Assembly (NCBI GenBank): GCA_977862235.1
Contig: OZ374564.1
Coordinates: forward strand, 62,001-126,000
Origin: Dudresnaya verticillata
Taxonomy: Eukaryota
Direction: 5' to 3'
DNA length: 64,000 nt
Positions 1 through 10,184 of this stretch are shown piece by piece (positions within the stretch are counted from its first letter, which is position 1; every line of letters begins with the position of its first letter). The translations under genes and the position numbers were made by a program. The notes beneath the pieces were generated by a model. That model had not been told where the DNA came from. It was given only the letters and a program-made list of their open reading frames with translations, and ran no database searches.

Positions 1-1093
1 GATTTTCCAAATTACGCTCTGCCGCCGGTCGCCGAAACGAAAGTGCGCAGGTCTGTGTCTTTCGTTTCTCCGCAGCTGCCGTATGGAGCGTGGCGCGAGC
101 ACCATGGCGCTCAAGGCTGCGTCAACACCAACCGCCACCCACCCGCGCCGAACGCCGTCCGTCGTCCGCACCAACATCTGCCACGCTGCTGCTCGTGGAG
201 CTCAGCGGCGCCGCCTGTCGACAGCGCCCGCTAGCGGCGGACAAGCTGCGCGCGAAAGCCGCGCCTCCGGGACGCTCGCTGTGGGAACCACAAGCATGCG
301 CAAGAAGTGTGTGCCGCAGCGTCGGGCACAAGTTGTGCCTGCCTCGCGAGAACGAGATTTGCCGGCGCGTAGTGTATTGCGCGATGGTGGACGGGGAGAT
401 GTGTGTGCATTCAACGCAGTTGGTCCGGTTGGGTACCGTATGAAGTGCTTGCGCGAGCAATTGTTTGGTGATGCCAACAGTGCAGAACCGTCCCTGGCAA
501 TGTCCCACCGTCAAGCGCGGAACGCCAATGGCTGACTGATTCTGCTGTGCTTGTTGTCGCTCAAGGGCTGCTTCCGCACTTATGTACTGTACAACAAGTT
601 TGCCCGTTTGTGCTGATTCGGAGCAGTTCCGACCAATCCCGACAACCCTTTCGACCGCATTTCTTGGCTGCCCTTGCGACTCGGCTGGAGAAGTGTGCAA
701 GCAGATGAAGTCATACAGCTTCCAGTGACCCGCTTTGTTGCGCCCCGCAGGCGAGTCTGTGACTGAGAATACATCTGAGTTGTGTGACCACGAACGGCGG
801 TGTCGACATCACAACCGAATTTCAGAAAAACCGCGGAGAACTCACAGACTCGTACGCACCCAACCCGGGCGCACTACCCTTGGTAGACACTGGCCACGCC
901 ACGAGCCCACAAGCGTTTTCTGCTTCACAAGAACTTTCAAAGTACGAAACAGCAACGGTCTGTTCCCCGTCAACCGCCGCCCAAACTCCGGCTTTTGAGT
1001 CGTTTCCATTATCACCAAGCTCCCCAACTGCCCGATCGAGTACAAGACCAAATTCCGTTGCTTCTTTCTGTTGACTTTTTTTGCCTTCACACG

Positions 1094-4000
1094 ATGGTGG
1101 ACTCTGTGGTTTCTCTCCTCGAGACCAGTATCAAGGTTGTTCAGCACATTCGTAATAGTCTTGAAGCTCGCAAACAAAACGCAACATCCTTCGTGACGAT
1201 AGCCGATGGCATTGAACGTATTCGCTTGGGTTATCAAGACTTTCGCAAGAACCACTACCTCTCCGCCATCCATGACGATGTCAGCAGGCACATCAGCGCA
1301 GAGTTGGAAATGGTTCAGCCCCATTTGGAGGGACTTTCGCAGCAGATAGACAATCGAAGGCCTTTCCGCTCGTTGCTAGGCAGCATCGAAGCTCGTGAGG
1401 CGATCATACAGGTAAAATCCTTTGTGACAGGGCTAGAAAGACACTTGGATGCTTGTCGGCTCATGGTGAAACACTTTCAGATCCATGACTCCCGCCTCAG
1501 TGAAATATATGAACTGTTGCACAAGCATGTCATCAAAGAGGTTCCGAGCTCTTCCTCTGCGGGAGGGGTTACGGTACAAGAAGAGGTGACGGTAATCGAC
1601 GCTACCTCTGCGCGACTTCAAGGAACAGATCCAAGCAGCTCGAGTAGTCCCAGTCAGACCTCGCCCCACTCTCCAGGCCCGACAATGAGTATACAATCTG
1701 AACAGCTTGATAAGGAGGACGAGGACGAGATCCAATTCATATCATCGCTGCCCATGGCGATGAAGTTGATAGCGAAAAGCGATGTCCCGGAAGATGTGAA
1801 ACGGACGCTACAGCAGAAGATAGACGACTTCCAGACTCGGTGGGAGTTGAAGTTTGACGACTTGGTGTTTGAGAAAGACAGAAGGGGGTGGGTCGAGTTG
1901 GGTGAAGGTGGTTTCAGCAGGGTGTACAAAGCGAAGCTCCGCCAAGGTGAAACATTCCTGGAAGTGGCAGTCAAAGAGCTAAAGGTAGAGGAGTCGGAAC
2001 TGGAGAAGTTCAAGCCAAAGTTTTTGCGTGAGATGCACGGCCTGATTCAGTACCGGCATCGTTGTATCTTGGAGGCACATGGGGCCATCTGGGCGAGGAT
2101 CGGTGGGACTGAAGACGGTATCGTGCACAACCCGATGATTGTTCTAGAACGTATGACATGCAGCCTCCACAAAGCGATTCAAAAGCACTGGGCAGCGGTG
2201 GAGGACATGGGTGTGAGAAAGGGTATCGCGCTGGATGTGGCTGCCGCGCTCGCTCATCTGCACGAGAAGAGCGTTGTTCATAGGGACGTGAAGCCTGAAA
2301 ACGTGTTGTTGCGTGTTAGGGACGGTGAGGTTGTGAGGCCTGCCAAGCTGTGCGACTTTGGCGTATCGCGAGAAGTGCAGGTGACAAAGCAGATGGAGAC
2401 GTATACGCTGAGGAGTAGTAGAGGAGCTGCGTCAGGGACGGTTGTTTTCATGCCACCAGAGGTGCTCAAGGACCGAAGAAAGGCGCCGGCGCGTCCGTCG
2501 TGGGATGTGTGGAGCTTTGGACTACTTTTATGTTTCTTGGGGGGTGGGGCGACACCCTTTTCGGCACTGGATTTCATTAACGCCCCGGGTCTAGCAAGAG
2601 AGGATCAGCTTGGAGCGGTCGCACGAGGGTGGGCGGACTCCATTGGGGATGAGGCGATGAGGACGGCTGCGTTGCGTTGTTTACGGTCGAAGTGGAAGGA
2701 GCGTTGCACTATGGCTGATGTGGTGGCGATTATTTCGCAGGGTATACCAGGGGTCGGGAATGATGCTCCTAGTGACGCTGAATCAGCCATGGCAGATGTG
2801 GTGGGGACGATCTCGCAGGATGTACCAGAGCTCAGGGTTGATACTCCGAGTGACGCAGAATTTGCCATGGCGGATGTGGTGGGGATAGTCTCGCGGAATG
2901 TACCAGGGGTCGGGGTTGATGCTCCGAAAGATGTGGAATTTGCCAACGTTCTTCTTGACCCACGATGGATGACCATAGATAGCAGTCCTTTGGACATCCC
3001 TGGGTGGAAGGAGAATGTGAATGAGTTGCGGTGGGCGTGCTTGGCAAATGGGTTGGTTGGTGAAGAAGATTTCGATGCGGGCATGAAGTTGCTGCGGTCA
3101 GCAGCGCGAGAGAGCTGGCCGTTCATTTTTCGAAACCCGAGGGAGCTGATGTTCCAGATGCAGTCGCGATTGGTGGACTCAAGCGATGAGTCATGGCTCG
3201 TACGGCGGTACCTTGAGACGGCTAGCAAGGTTTCCCCCACACCCCGAGTTCGATCATTAACTCGGTGCTGGAACATTCCTGGTGGTCGACAAGAGATGGA
3301 AATCCCATGTGCGGACATTGTAAACAGCTTGGCTGTGACAGGGGATGAAGGAAAAGTTGTGGCAGGCATTGGGAACAAAGTAGTGCTCATGGACTTGGAA
3401 AGCAGTGTTGTCATCCGCGAGTACATCGGCCACGAGAATGCGGTGGGGTGCGTGGCGGTGACGCCAGACGGGCGGCACGTCGTGTCCGGATCGGACGATA
3501 TGACGTTGCGGGTGTGGGAGTTGGGGAGCGGCAAGCCCGTGGGGGAGCCGTTGCCCGGTCACACGTATCGGGTGCAGTGCGTGGCGGTGACGCCAGACGG
3601 GCGGCACGTCGTGTCCGGGTCATGGGACAAGACGTTGCGGGTGTGGGAGTTGGGGAGCGGCAAGCCCGTGGGGGAGCCGTTGCGCGGTCACGAGAATTTT
3701 GTGCAGTGCGTGGCGGTGACGCCAGACGGGCGTCACGTCGTGTCCGGGTCGTTCGACAAGACGTTGCAGGTGTGGGAGTTGGGGAGCGGCAAGCCCGTGG
3801 GGGAGCCGTTGCGCGGTCACACGGATTGGGTGCAGTGCGTGGCGGTGACGCCAGACGGACGGCACGTCGTGTCCGGGTCGCGGGACAAGACGTTGCGGGT
3901 GTGGGAGTTGGGGAGCGGCAAGCCCGTGGGGGAGCCGTTGCCCGGTCACACGGATTGGGTGCGGTGCGTGGCAGTGACGCCAGACGGGCGGCACGTCGTG

Positions 4001-4825
4001 TCCGGGTCGTGGGACAAGACGTTGCGGGTGTGGGAGTTGGGGAGGGGCAAGCCCGTGGGGGAGCCGTTGCGCGGTCACACGCGTTGGGTGTGGTCCGTGG
4101 CGGTGACGCCAGACGGGCGGCACGTCGTGTCCGGGTCGTGGGACAAGACGTTGCGGGTGTGGGAGTTGGGGAGCGGCAAGCCCGTGGGGGAGCCGTTGCG
4201 CGGTCACACAGATTGGGTGCGGTGCGTGGCAGTGACGCCAGACGGGCGGCACGTCGTGTCCGGGTCGCGGGACAAGACGTTGCGGGTGTGGGAGCTGGGG
4301 AGCGGCAAGCCCGTGGGGGAGCCGTTGCGCGGTCACACGCGTTGGGTGCTGTGCGTGGCGGTGACGCCAGACGGGCGGCACGTCGTGTCCGGGTCGTCGG
4401 ACGAAACGTTGCGGGTGTGGGAGTTGGGGAGCGGCAAGCCCGTGGGCGAACCGGAAGCGTTTTCGTCACGTGTTTTGAGTGTTGGATGTGTTGGGGCGAG
4501 TACTGTGAAGGCTCGTGATGAGGATCGGAATGAGCGTTACTTTGAGGTGAGTGGATATGGTCTGCGGGAGATTGATGCGGCTGTTGGAAGAGTTCGTGAG
4601 AGTGAAGTGCTGCGCGGGAGTGGAAGCCATCGGAGCGGGTCTGCAGCGGAGGCTGTCGTACGGGTCTCGGGGCGGTCAGTGCGCCTCGGGCAGGACGGGC
4701 CGATTCTCGCGACCCTTCCGGCAGCTTTGGCCGAGCCTGGGACGTGGGACTACAATGCTGCGGAAGGTCGACTGGTCGTCGGGCTCCGAGACGGACGTGT
4801 GTTGGCGTTGGAGGTGGAGACGTAA
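1094..4825 (+). CDS. Multidomain protein: N-terminal helical bundle (MLKL/HeLo/RPW8-like, tentative), Ser/Thr (TKL-like) protein kinase, Apaf-1-like helical segment, WD40 propeller
   Basis: Uninterrupted ORF; first in-frame ATG at 1094 (MVDSVVSLLE). Kinase motifs GEGGFSRVY, VAVK, HRDVKPEN, DFG, GTVVFMPPE and DVWSFG are all intact. C-terminal GH...W(E) WD40 repeats. Stop TAA at 4823-4825. Confidence 0.92.
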   Translation: MVDSVVSLLETSIKVVQHIRNSLEARKQNATSFVTIADGIERIRLGYQDFRKNHYLSAIHDDVSRHISAELEMVQPHLEGLSQQIDNRRPFRSLLGSIEAREAIIQVKSFVTGLERHLDACRLMVKHFQIHDSRLSEIYELLHKHVIKEVPSSSSAGGVTVQEEVTVIDATSARLQGTDPSSSSSPSQTSPHSPGPTMSIQSEQLDKEDEDEIQFISSLPMAMKLIAKSDVPEDVKRTLQQKIDDFQTRWELKFDDLVFEKDRRGWVELGEGGFSRVYKAKLRQGETFLEVAVKELKVEESELEKFKPKFLREMHGLIQYRHRCILEAHGAIWARIGGTEDGIVHNPMIVLERMTCSLHKAIQKHWAAVEDMGVRKGIALDVAAALAHLHEKSVVHRDVKPENVLLRVRDGEVVRPAKLCDFGVSREVQVTKQMETYTLRSSRGAASGTVVFMPPEVLKDRRKAPARPSWDVWSFGLLLCFLGGGATPFSALDFINAPGLAREDQLGAVARGWADSIGDEAMRTAALRCLRSKWKERCTMADVVAIISQGIPGVGNDAPSDAESAMADVVGTISQDVPELRVDTPSDAEFAMADVVGIVSRNVPGVGVDAPKDVEFANVLLDPRWMTIDSSPLDIPGWKENVNELRWACLANGLVGEEDFDAGMKLLRSAARESWPFIFRNPRELMFQMQSRLVDSSDESWLVRRYLETASKVSPTPRVRSLTRCWNIPGGRQEMEIPCADIVNSLAVTGDEGKVVAGIGNKVVLMDLESSVVIREYIGHENAVGCVAVTPDGRHVVSGSDDMTLRVWELGSGKPVGEPLPGHTYRVQCVAVTPDGRHVVSGSWDKTLRVWELGSGKPVGEPLRGHENFVQCVAVTPDGRHVVSGSFDKTLQVWELGSGKPVGEPLRGHTDWVQCVAVTPDGRHVVSGSRDKTLRVWELGSGKPVGEPLPGHTDWVRCVAVTPDGRHVVSGSWDKTLRVWELGRGKPVGEPLRGHTRWVWSVAVTPDGRHVVSGSWDKTLRVWELGSGKPVGEPLRGHTDWVRCVAVTPDGRHVVSGSRDKTLRVWELGSGKPVGEPLRGHTRWVLCVAVTPDGRHVVSGSSDETLRVWELGSGKPVGEPEAFSSRVLSVGCVGASTVKARDEDRNERYFEVSGYGLREIDAAVGRVRESEVLRGSGSHRSGSAAEAVVRVSGRSVRLGQDGPILATLPAALAEPGTWDYNAAEGRLVVGLRDGRVLALEVET
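2711..2944 (+). repeat. 3 x 78-bp (26-aa) tandem repeat at the kinase C-terminus
   Basis: Units MADVVAIISQGIPGVGNDAPSDAESA, MADVVGTISQDVPELRVDTPSDAEFA and MADVVGIVSRNVPGVGVDAPKDVEFA start at 2711, 2789 and 2867. Confidence 0.9.
3428..4459 (+). repeat. 8 x 129-bp (43-aa) highly homogenised WD40 tandem repeats
   Basis: Consensus GHxxxVxCVAVTPDGRHVVSGSxDKTLRVWELGSGKPVGEPLR with an exact 129-nt period (3428, 3557, ...), near-identical at DNA level. Confidence 0.97.
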
Positions 4826-6706
4826 AGGAAAGCAAAGGCGATGTCGAGTGCGGAGAAAGTGTGTTGCGCCATTGCAGAGAAGAGGAAGAAACTCAGCGAC
4901 GGGGAGCGCGGCGCTCTAAGAAGTGGCAGACGATGCGTTCCGCGTTCTGCGCGCTGGTTGGGCGTGCAGCGCGCGTCTGGACACGTGCGTCGTTTTGTGT
5001 GGGCCGTTGCGCGTCCCTCGTCAGAGCGCACGCGACCGCCCTTCGGCGCCACGCCTCAAGTGGGAACGGTTTAGACATTGTGACGCACAAAGGAGTTGGT
5101 CCACAACACCGCTGCTGTTGCAGGTTGGATCAAAAGACTAGCTCTGTCTGACAACTCTGCACAATGGCTTCGCAGCCGCTTTACTGTCCACATGCTTCCA
5201 CATACTGGAAACCGAGAAGGGCCCAGACGTGTTGCACACAGATGAGCTCCATTGCGTTTGATAGCATATGGAAAGAGCGAGGCAAGCCACAGCAACTAGC
5301 GACGCCATCTCAGACCAAGCTCAGGACTAGCCTTGTTGATCGCATAAGTGAAATCTTGACGCTGAGACGTGCGCCTAATGGGTCGTCACCCAACTCGTCG
5401 GTTATTCGAGTGCAACACAACAAGGGCACACGGACCGAACGTCCGCTACCCGTCTTCCATTTCTCCCTCTTTCCTTGCTGCGCGGCGGCTTCTAGTCGAG
5501 ATTTGCAACTGCGTTCTATATATCGCAACGTCTTCCCCTTAATATTATTTTCCATAACTTTGAACGCCGGCACCCCATCGACTCATTCAGCAGCAGCTAC
5601 AAGAGTCGGCATTCGAGTTTGCGTCGGAACGTCGCGGGGTGAGAAAACGAACAGATGCAATGCATTAGTGTAATAATTCAAGCAGACTCCATTCTAAACC
5701 TCATGATGGTTCAACAATTAAACACGAATGCCCTTTAGTTGGACAGAAATGCAAATTCTACAAAGGTAGTTCCCTGAAACAAAATGCTTGTCGTACTGCC
5801 TGCTCCATTGAAAAAGCCAGCCGTGTGTGCCCAAAAGAATCTGAATCAATTAGCAACAGATAAAACATTACGAGCTGGGAGGGCGGCGTCAGTCGCCACG
5901 ATTGTAACTTGTGTGCAAACAAAGCGAATGTGACAATGCTCCAGAAGCGAACAAATAATCTCCGCTTGGCGAATATTTTCTATATTACTATTGACCCATA
6001 CACGTAGGTTGGCCTCGTTCGTTTAAAATGGAGTCAAAGTCTCAACTTGAGGTGACCACGGAACGCGGAAAAAGAGAGGGTGGGAAGGGAGAAAGGATCA
6101 ACTTGGCTCGGGACTTTTCTCCCACCGAAGTCCAACGGTTAAATTTTGTTCCCTGCGGTGCGTGGAATGCAGTTTCAGGGGACTCACGTTGATTATTCTT
6201 CGACTTTTGACAGTCGTGCGGGAGAGACAACTCGATTGCCTGCAGGTCCCCAGTCCGCCGCATTGGCAGCCACCTATGGGGGACACGAGAAAGTCTGTGA
6301 CGATTTTCTACGCGGTTCGTATCAGTCGGGGAGAAAACGACGCTTTGTAACGCGGCCCGCATAAAGAGGGCCACTCGCGTACGCGGTGGTTGATAAAGGA
6401 GATAGAAAGGGAAAAGCGGAAGGCGAGGTTGGAGGCTAGGTCAGCGCGGGTTGTTGGCAGTTCCCTCGTCTGTGCTGACGCCCGCGGGCTGCCTTTATTA
6501 GGTAAAAAGCAGAGTGTGAGCTGTGCTGCTCAGGTCGTACGACCCACGCTATTTAGTGGACTGCACGATCGCAGCCTCCGCCCTGGATCTGATATGCATT
6601 GACCGAAGGAACGAAGCTATTCGGCAACGCGGATACTTTGTCATTGGATACGACAACTACCACTCTAACACGCCTATTCCGAAAGGATACGACTTTTACG
6701 TGAGGT

Positions 6707-7098
6707 TTGATAATTGGTGGAAAAGGGTCTGTAGCATGCAGATCAGTAGTGAGAGGGAAAGCGTGGTATTACAGTTGAAGTGTCAAAGTAGTTTTGATTG
6801 TGGTAGTAGATGGATACCTCAGAAAGCAGAGGAGTGCTTGTCGAGTCAATACTTATAGACTACAGTCCGCCACACAGAATCTATCGGACATGATAAAGTG
6901 ATGAGTATCGTCATCAACGGTATAGTCGTTCTAGTAACAACTAAAATACAATCGTAACAGTAAACTAGCAACGACTACAGTGCAAAAGATATTCGTGCCA
7001 TCTAAAACGATCACAAGTAGTTCTTCAAGCCATGAACGATTCCAAATACAGAACGCATTTCCAAGCTGTTCAAGCTTGTAGCAACTCAAAGTTAGACA
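6707..7098 (-). repeat. Copia 3' LTR (392 bp)
   Basis: Direct repeat of 11616-12005 with about 5 substitutions and a 2-bp indel. On the minus strand it is preceded by the PPT. Confidence 0.95.
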
Positions 7099-7111
7099 TT
7101 CCTCCTCCTTC
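7099..7111 (-). promoter_or_regulatory. Polypurine tract of the Copia element
   Basis: Minus-strand GAAGGAGGAGGAA immediately before the TGT of the 3' LTR. Confidence 0.85.
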
Positions 7112-7119
7112 GAGTGAAC

Positions 7120-10100
7120 CTATCCAAGGAAAGCATCAGATTCACGAGACTCGTGCATCGCGAGATCACAGGGTAGCTTGCCATCAAACATGAGTAGTTG
7201 TAAACTGTCTGATACAGCAGAATCAATCTTAGCTAGAGGGTCTGCGAAGTTAAGAGTCCCTGGAATCCATGTCACCTGATTGAGCGCATGTGTTTCGAAA
7301 TTGTACCTTAGTAGTGCAACATCAGCTGCAATTGACTTATCATCAGGCACTCTGCAGGTCGACATTGATGAAAATAAATCCTTAGAATCAACTGCTAGTC
7401 CCAAATGCACTGAACCTCCCAGAAGCAATTTGTATGTAGCTGTGATGACTTTTCCAGCATCAAGTGCCTCCCCTGCAGCCATAACTTCTGCAGAAGCACT
7501 AGATTTAGCTGGACGTCTTGATAAGTGGGATTGCCAGCTAAGTACATGAAACACAGACCCTTTTTTCAATGGGCCAATGCAAAGGCCAGCGACATATCCA
7601 AGTTGACCAAACTCGTTAGGTCTGGCAGCATCAGAAAACGTAAAAACACTTACATCATATGACCCCTTTTCTGGAGTTCTGAACTTGGTAGTAGACCCAA
7701 TTCTCTGAAGTTTTCTTACTAAACCTGCCTGTCGCTGCAAATCATGTATAGTTGTGGACGACCGTCGCTGTTGCATAAAACTTGTGTACAGAGATGCAAA
7801 GGGAGAGACATTTTGACCCAAGAATCCAAAAGACCCATTCATAGATGAGAAGGAGAAATCCTCAATTGCGTTCAATGAATCATCAACCTGCTTTCGTCTT
7901 GTTCTTGTTAACCTGTACGGGGTGAGAGCTTCAACTTTGTCTTCAGCAGATATATGAATAACTCCGTCTTCATCTTGAGTAATAGTTAGCCCAAAGAATA
8001 CGAACTCTCCTGGTAAATGAACGATTGTTCCGAGCTTATATCGTTTCGATAATGCATCTATGAACGAAGACTGAGCATTTTCTTCGCCAACAATCAGAAG
8101 GTCATCGACAACTTTGGCCACTAGTAGTACTAAAATACCATCCCTGTACATATAAAACAACTGGGGTATGTGAACGACAGATGAAAGTCCCAGGTCAAGA
8201 AGTGTGGAGTCAGAGTGGTATTGCCATTTTGTATTAGCATTAACCAACCCATAACTTGCGGTCAGTAGGAGCCAGTAGAACAATCGATTGACACACTCGC
8301 GTGATGGTATGACATACACATCTCTTTGCGCTCTTCCAGACTGTAGAAATGCGCTCTTAATGTCAATTTTGCTGATAAACCAACCGAATATAACTGCAAT
8401 GGACAATAATATTCTAAATCCCAACGGTGGGCATGCAGCAGAATCAGTCTTGAGTGATTTTCGCTCTCTGTCCTTATTGCCATGTGGTGCAATCCTAGCC
8501 TTGCACCTTTTCGAACCATCATCTAGACGCTTGACCTTGTACAAGACGTGACTTGAAATTATATTCGCTCCATGCGGAACCTTAGAGATGTGAATGCATT
8601 CACAGGTTTGCAAGAAGCTTTCTTCTTTACTTCGGTATGCATTTTGTACTACAGAAGGCGGTAGACCTTGCGCATCCTTCAATAAGAACTCCTTGGTCCC
8701 AAAGCGTTCATAATAGCTGTCCAACAGAATTTTGTCTGAAGGTGTTAGCATCTGTCCTGGTTGCAGAACAATATCAGCTGCATTAGCATTTCGAGCTTGT
8801 GAGCGTGTAACCATTTGGCGTCCATCGTCATTAGCATCACCAAGGGAATTTAGTTCACGTGTGCCAACAGGACCTGGAGGTGGGTGGTATGTAAGTGCAT
8901 CTGCACCAAACTGTCCATTGGGAGACACTGAGTCAGGGCTAGGGTGCACACCTTCACCTATATCCATGTAATTTCCATCTTGTACATTATTTATAGTTTT
9001 CTCATCAGCATCTACATCACCATTATTTGTTACATCAGTAACATTGGTCCATCCATTGTCTTCTAAATCATCATTATTTCCAATACAATTTCCATCATCA
9101 TCGTTTCCATCATCATCATTTCCATCTTCTACAATCACATCAATAGCTGAATATACTGCTGAGTTACATTGATCGATAGCAGCTTGAACCATGTGGGAAA
9201 AATCAGGCTGACTGGACAATGCGAACCGAACATCCTCGACTGCTGCTTGAACGACACGACCAGCCTTGCCAGGTACAGTAACAGTTTGAGATTTTTTGTC
9301 AAAGGAAAGAACAGGTCTTGGTAGAGTCCATTTGCCTCTTTTCTCATTGGGTTGCTTGATATAAAGTTCAACAAGAGTACCGACATCAATTGCTGCATCT
9401 TGTGAAGACTTAGAGCGTAATATTGCCGTAAGCTTGCGGCGTGCAGATAAATCATCGTGTGCTTTGATTATCTCATCTGGTATAGTAATTGGAGAGTCAG
9501 TGGGAATGATAGGACGAGTAAACCCTTTCGCTAGCTCATATGCGGAAGCTATATCATTACCATAGAGGTCATTTGATATCCTCATTGCCTGAATCACGAG
9601 TAGTCGTGCATTGGCATTTGGGTTGGCGTGACGCAATCGCATAAATATCGACTTAATAACTCTGTGCTTGGATTCCAATGCATTTTTTCTTGGACGGCGT
9701 GGGGGAGCTGGACGAAACATAGTTCCAATAGAATTCAAATGGTTTTTGAACTCAGCCACATTGAAGGCAGGGTCTCCCTGTACAGCAGCTGGATTCCAGA
9801 ACTGTGATATCCAATTTGATTCAAGCACATTAATAGCGTTGGTCATTCCCTTAGTTTGCACGCAATCCCCAGCAGAGTACCTTGATACAGAATCCATAAT
9901 GTGAAAAACTGATTCCTGCTCAGGAAAAAAATGATCAATATATACGAGCTGGTTAAATCCCCTAGAGAAATTATTCAGGGAAACAGTACGGGATTTGACT
10001 GGAAGATCCGTCTCGTGGCATCTTCTGCAGGACTCAAGTGTCTTGGATAAATATGATGCACACTCATCTGTCCAAAGGTTGTTTCTCTGAAGCAGTGTCT

Positions 10101-10173
10101 TGATGTCGAAGTAGTTTGAATGTCCACATACATGTTTGTGGACTTTATCAATAATGGATTCAAATCCCTCCAT
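7120..10173 (-). CDS. Copia pol: integrase, reverse transcriptase, RNase H (out of frame with gag-PR)
   Basis: HKHVCGH...CRRC zinc finger; IDH / GDP / LES DDE triad; KARIAPHG, IDIKSAFLQ, YGL and KVVDDLL RT motifs; FSDAA...AE...VDS...ADPL RNase H motifs. Confidence 0.92.
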   Translation of the reverse strand: MEGFESIIDKVHKHVCGHSNYFDIKTLLQRNNLWTDECASYLSKTLESCRRCHETDLPVKSRTVSLNNFSRGFNQLVYIDHFFPEQESVFHIMDSVSRYSAGDCVQTKGMTNAINVLESNWISQFWNPAAVQGDPAFNVAEFKNHLNSIGTMFRPAPPRRPRKNALESKHRVIKSIFMRLRHANPNANARLLVIQAMRISNDLYGNDIASAYELAKGFTRPIIPTDSPITIPDEIIKAHDDLSARRKLTAILRSKSSQDAAIDVGTLVELYIKQPNEKRGKWTLPRPVLSFDKKSQTVTVPGKAGRVVQAAVEDVRFALSSQPDFSHMVQAAIDQCNSAVYSAIDVIVEDGNDDDGNDDDGNCIGNNDDLEDNGWTNVTDVTNNGDVDADEKTINNVQDGNYMDIGEGVHPSPDSVSPNGQFGADALTYHPPPGPVGTRELNSLGDANDDGRQMVTRSQARNANAADIVLQPGQMLTPSDKILLDSYYERFGTKEFLLKDAQGLPPSVVQNAYRSKEESFLQTCECIHISKVPHGANIISSHVLYKVKRLDDGSKRCKARIAPHGNKDRERKSLKTDSAACPPLGFRILLSIAVIFGWFISKIDIKSAFLQSGRAQRDVYVIPSRECVNRLFYWLLLTASYGLVNANTKWQYHSDSTLLDLGLSSVVHIPQLFYMYRDGILVLLVAKVVDDLLIVGEENAQSSFIDALSKRYKLGTIVHLPGEFVFFGLTITQDEDGVIHISAEDKVEALTPYRLTRTRRKQVDDSLNAIEDFSFSSMNGSFGFLGQNVSPFASLYTSFMQQRRSSTTIHDLQRQAGLVRKLQRIGSTTKFRTPEKGSYDVSVFTFSDAARPNEFGQLGYVAGLCIGPLKKGSVFHVLSWQSHLSRRPAKSSASAEVMAAGEALDAGKVITATYKLLLGGSVHLGLAVDSKDLFSSMSTCRVPDDKSIAADVALLRYNFETHALNQVTWIPGTLNFADPLAKIDSAVSDSLQLLMFDGKLPCDLAMHESRESDAFLG

Positions 10174-10184
10174 GACAGTGAGTG

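Noticed and set aside
995..1093. N-terminal extension of the kinase ORF from the track start
   Set aside because: The track start is non-ATG; the first ATG at 1094 is preferred for a eukaryotic gene.
3428..4459. CRISPR array or diversity-generating retroelement (regular repeats with variable segments, RT genes nearby)
   Set aside because: The repeats are in-frame WD40 coding units without unique spacers. No template repeat or adenine-specific variation is visible, and the nearby RTs belong to ordinary retrotransposons.
3257..4835. Long alternative-frame and antisense ORFs over the WD40 region
   Set aside because: These are shadows of a GC-rich 129-bp repeat.
4830..6520. Short ORFs or a possible MITE downstream of the kinase gene
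   Set aside because: No recognisable motifs, terminal inverted repeats or TSDs by eye.
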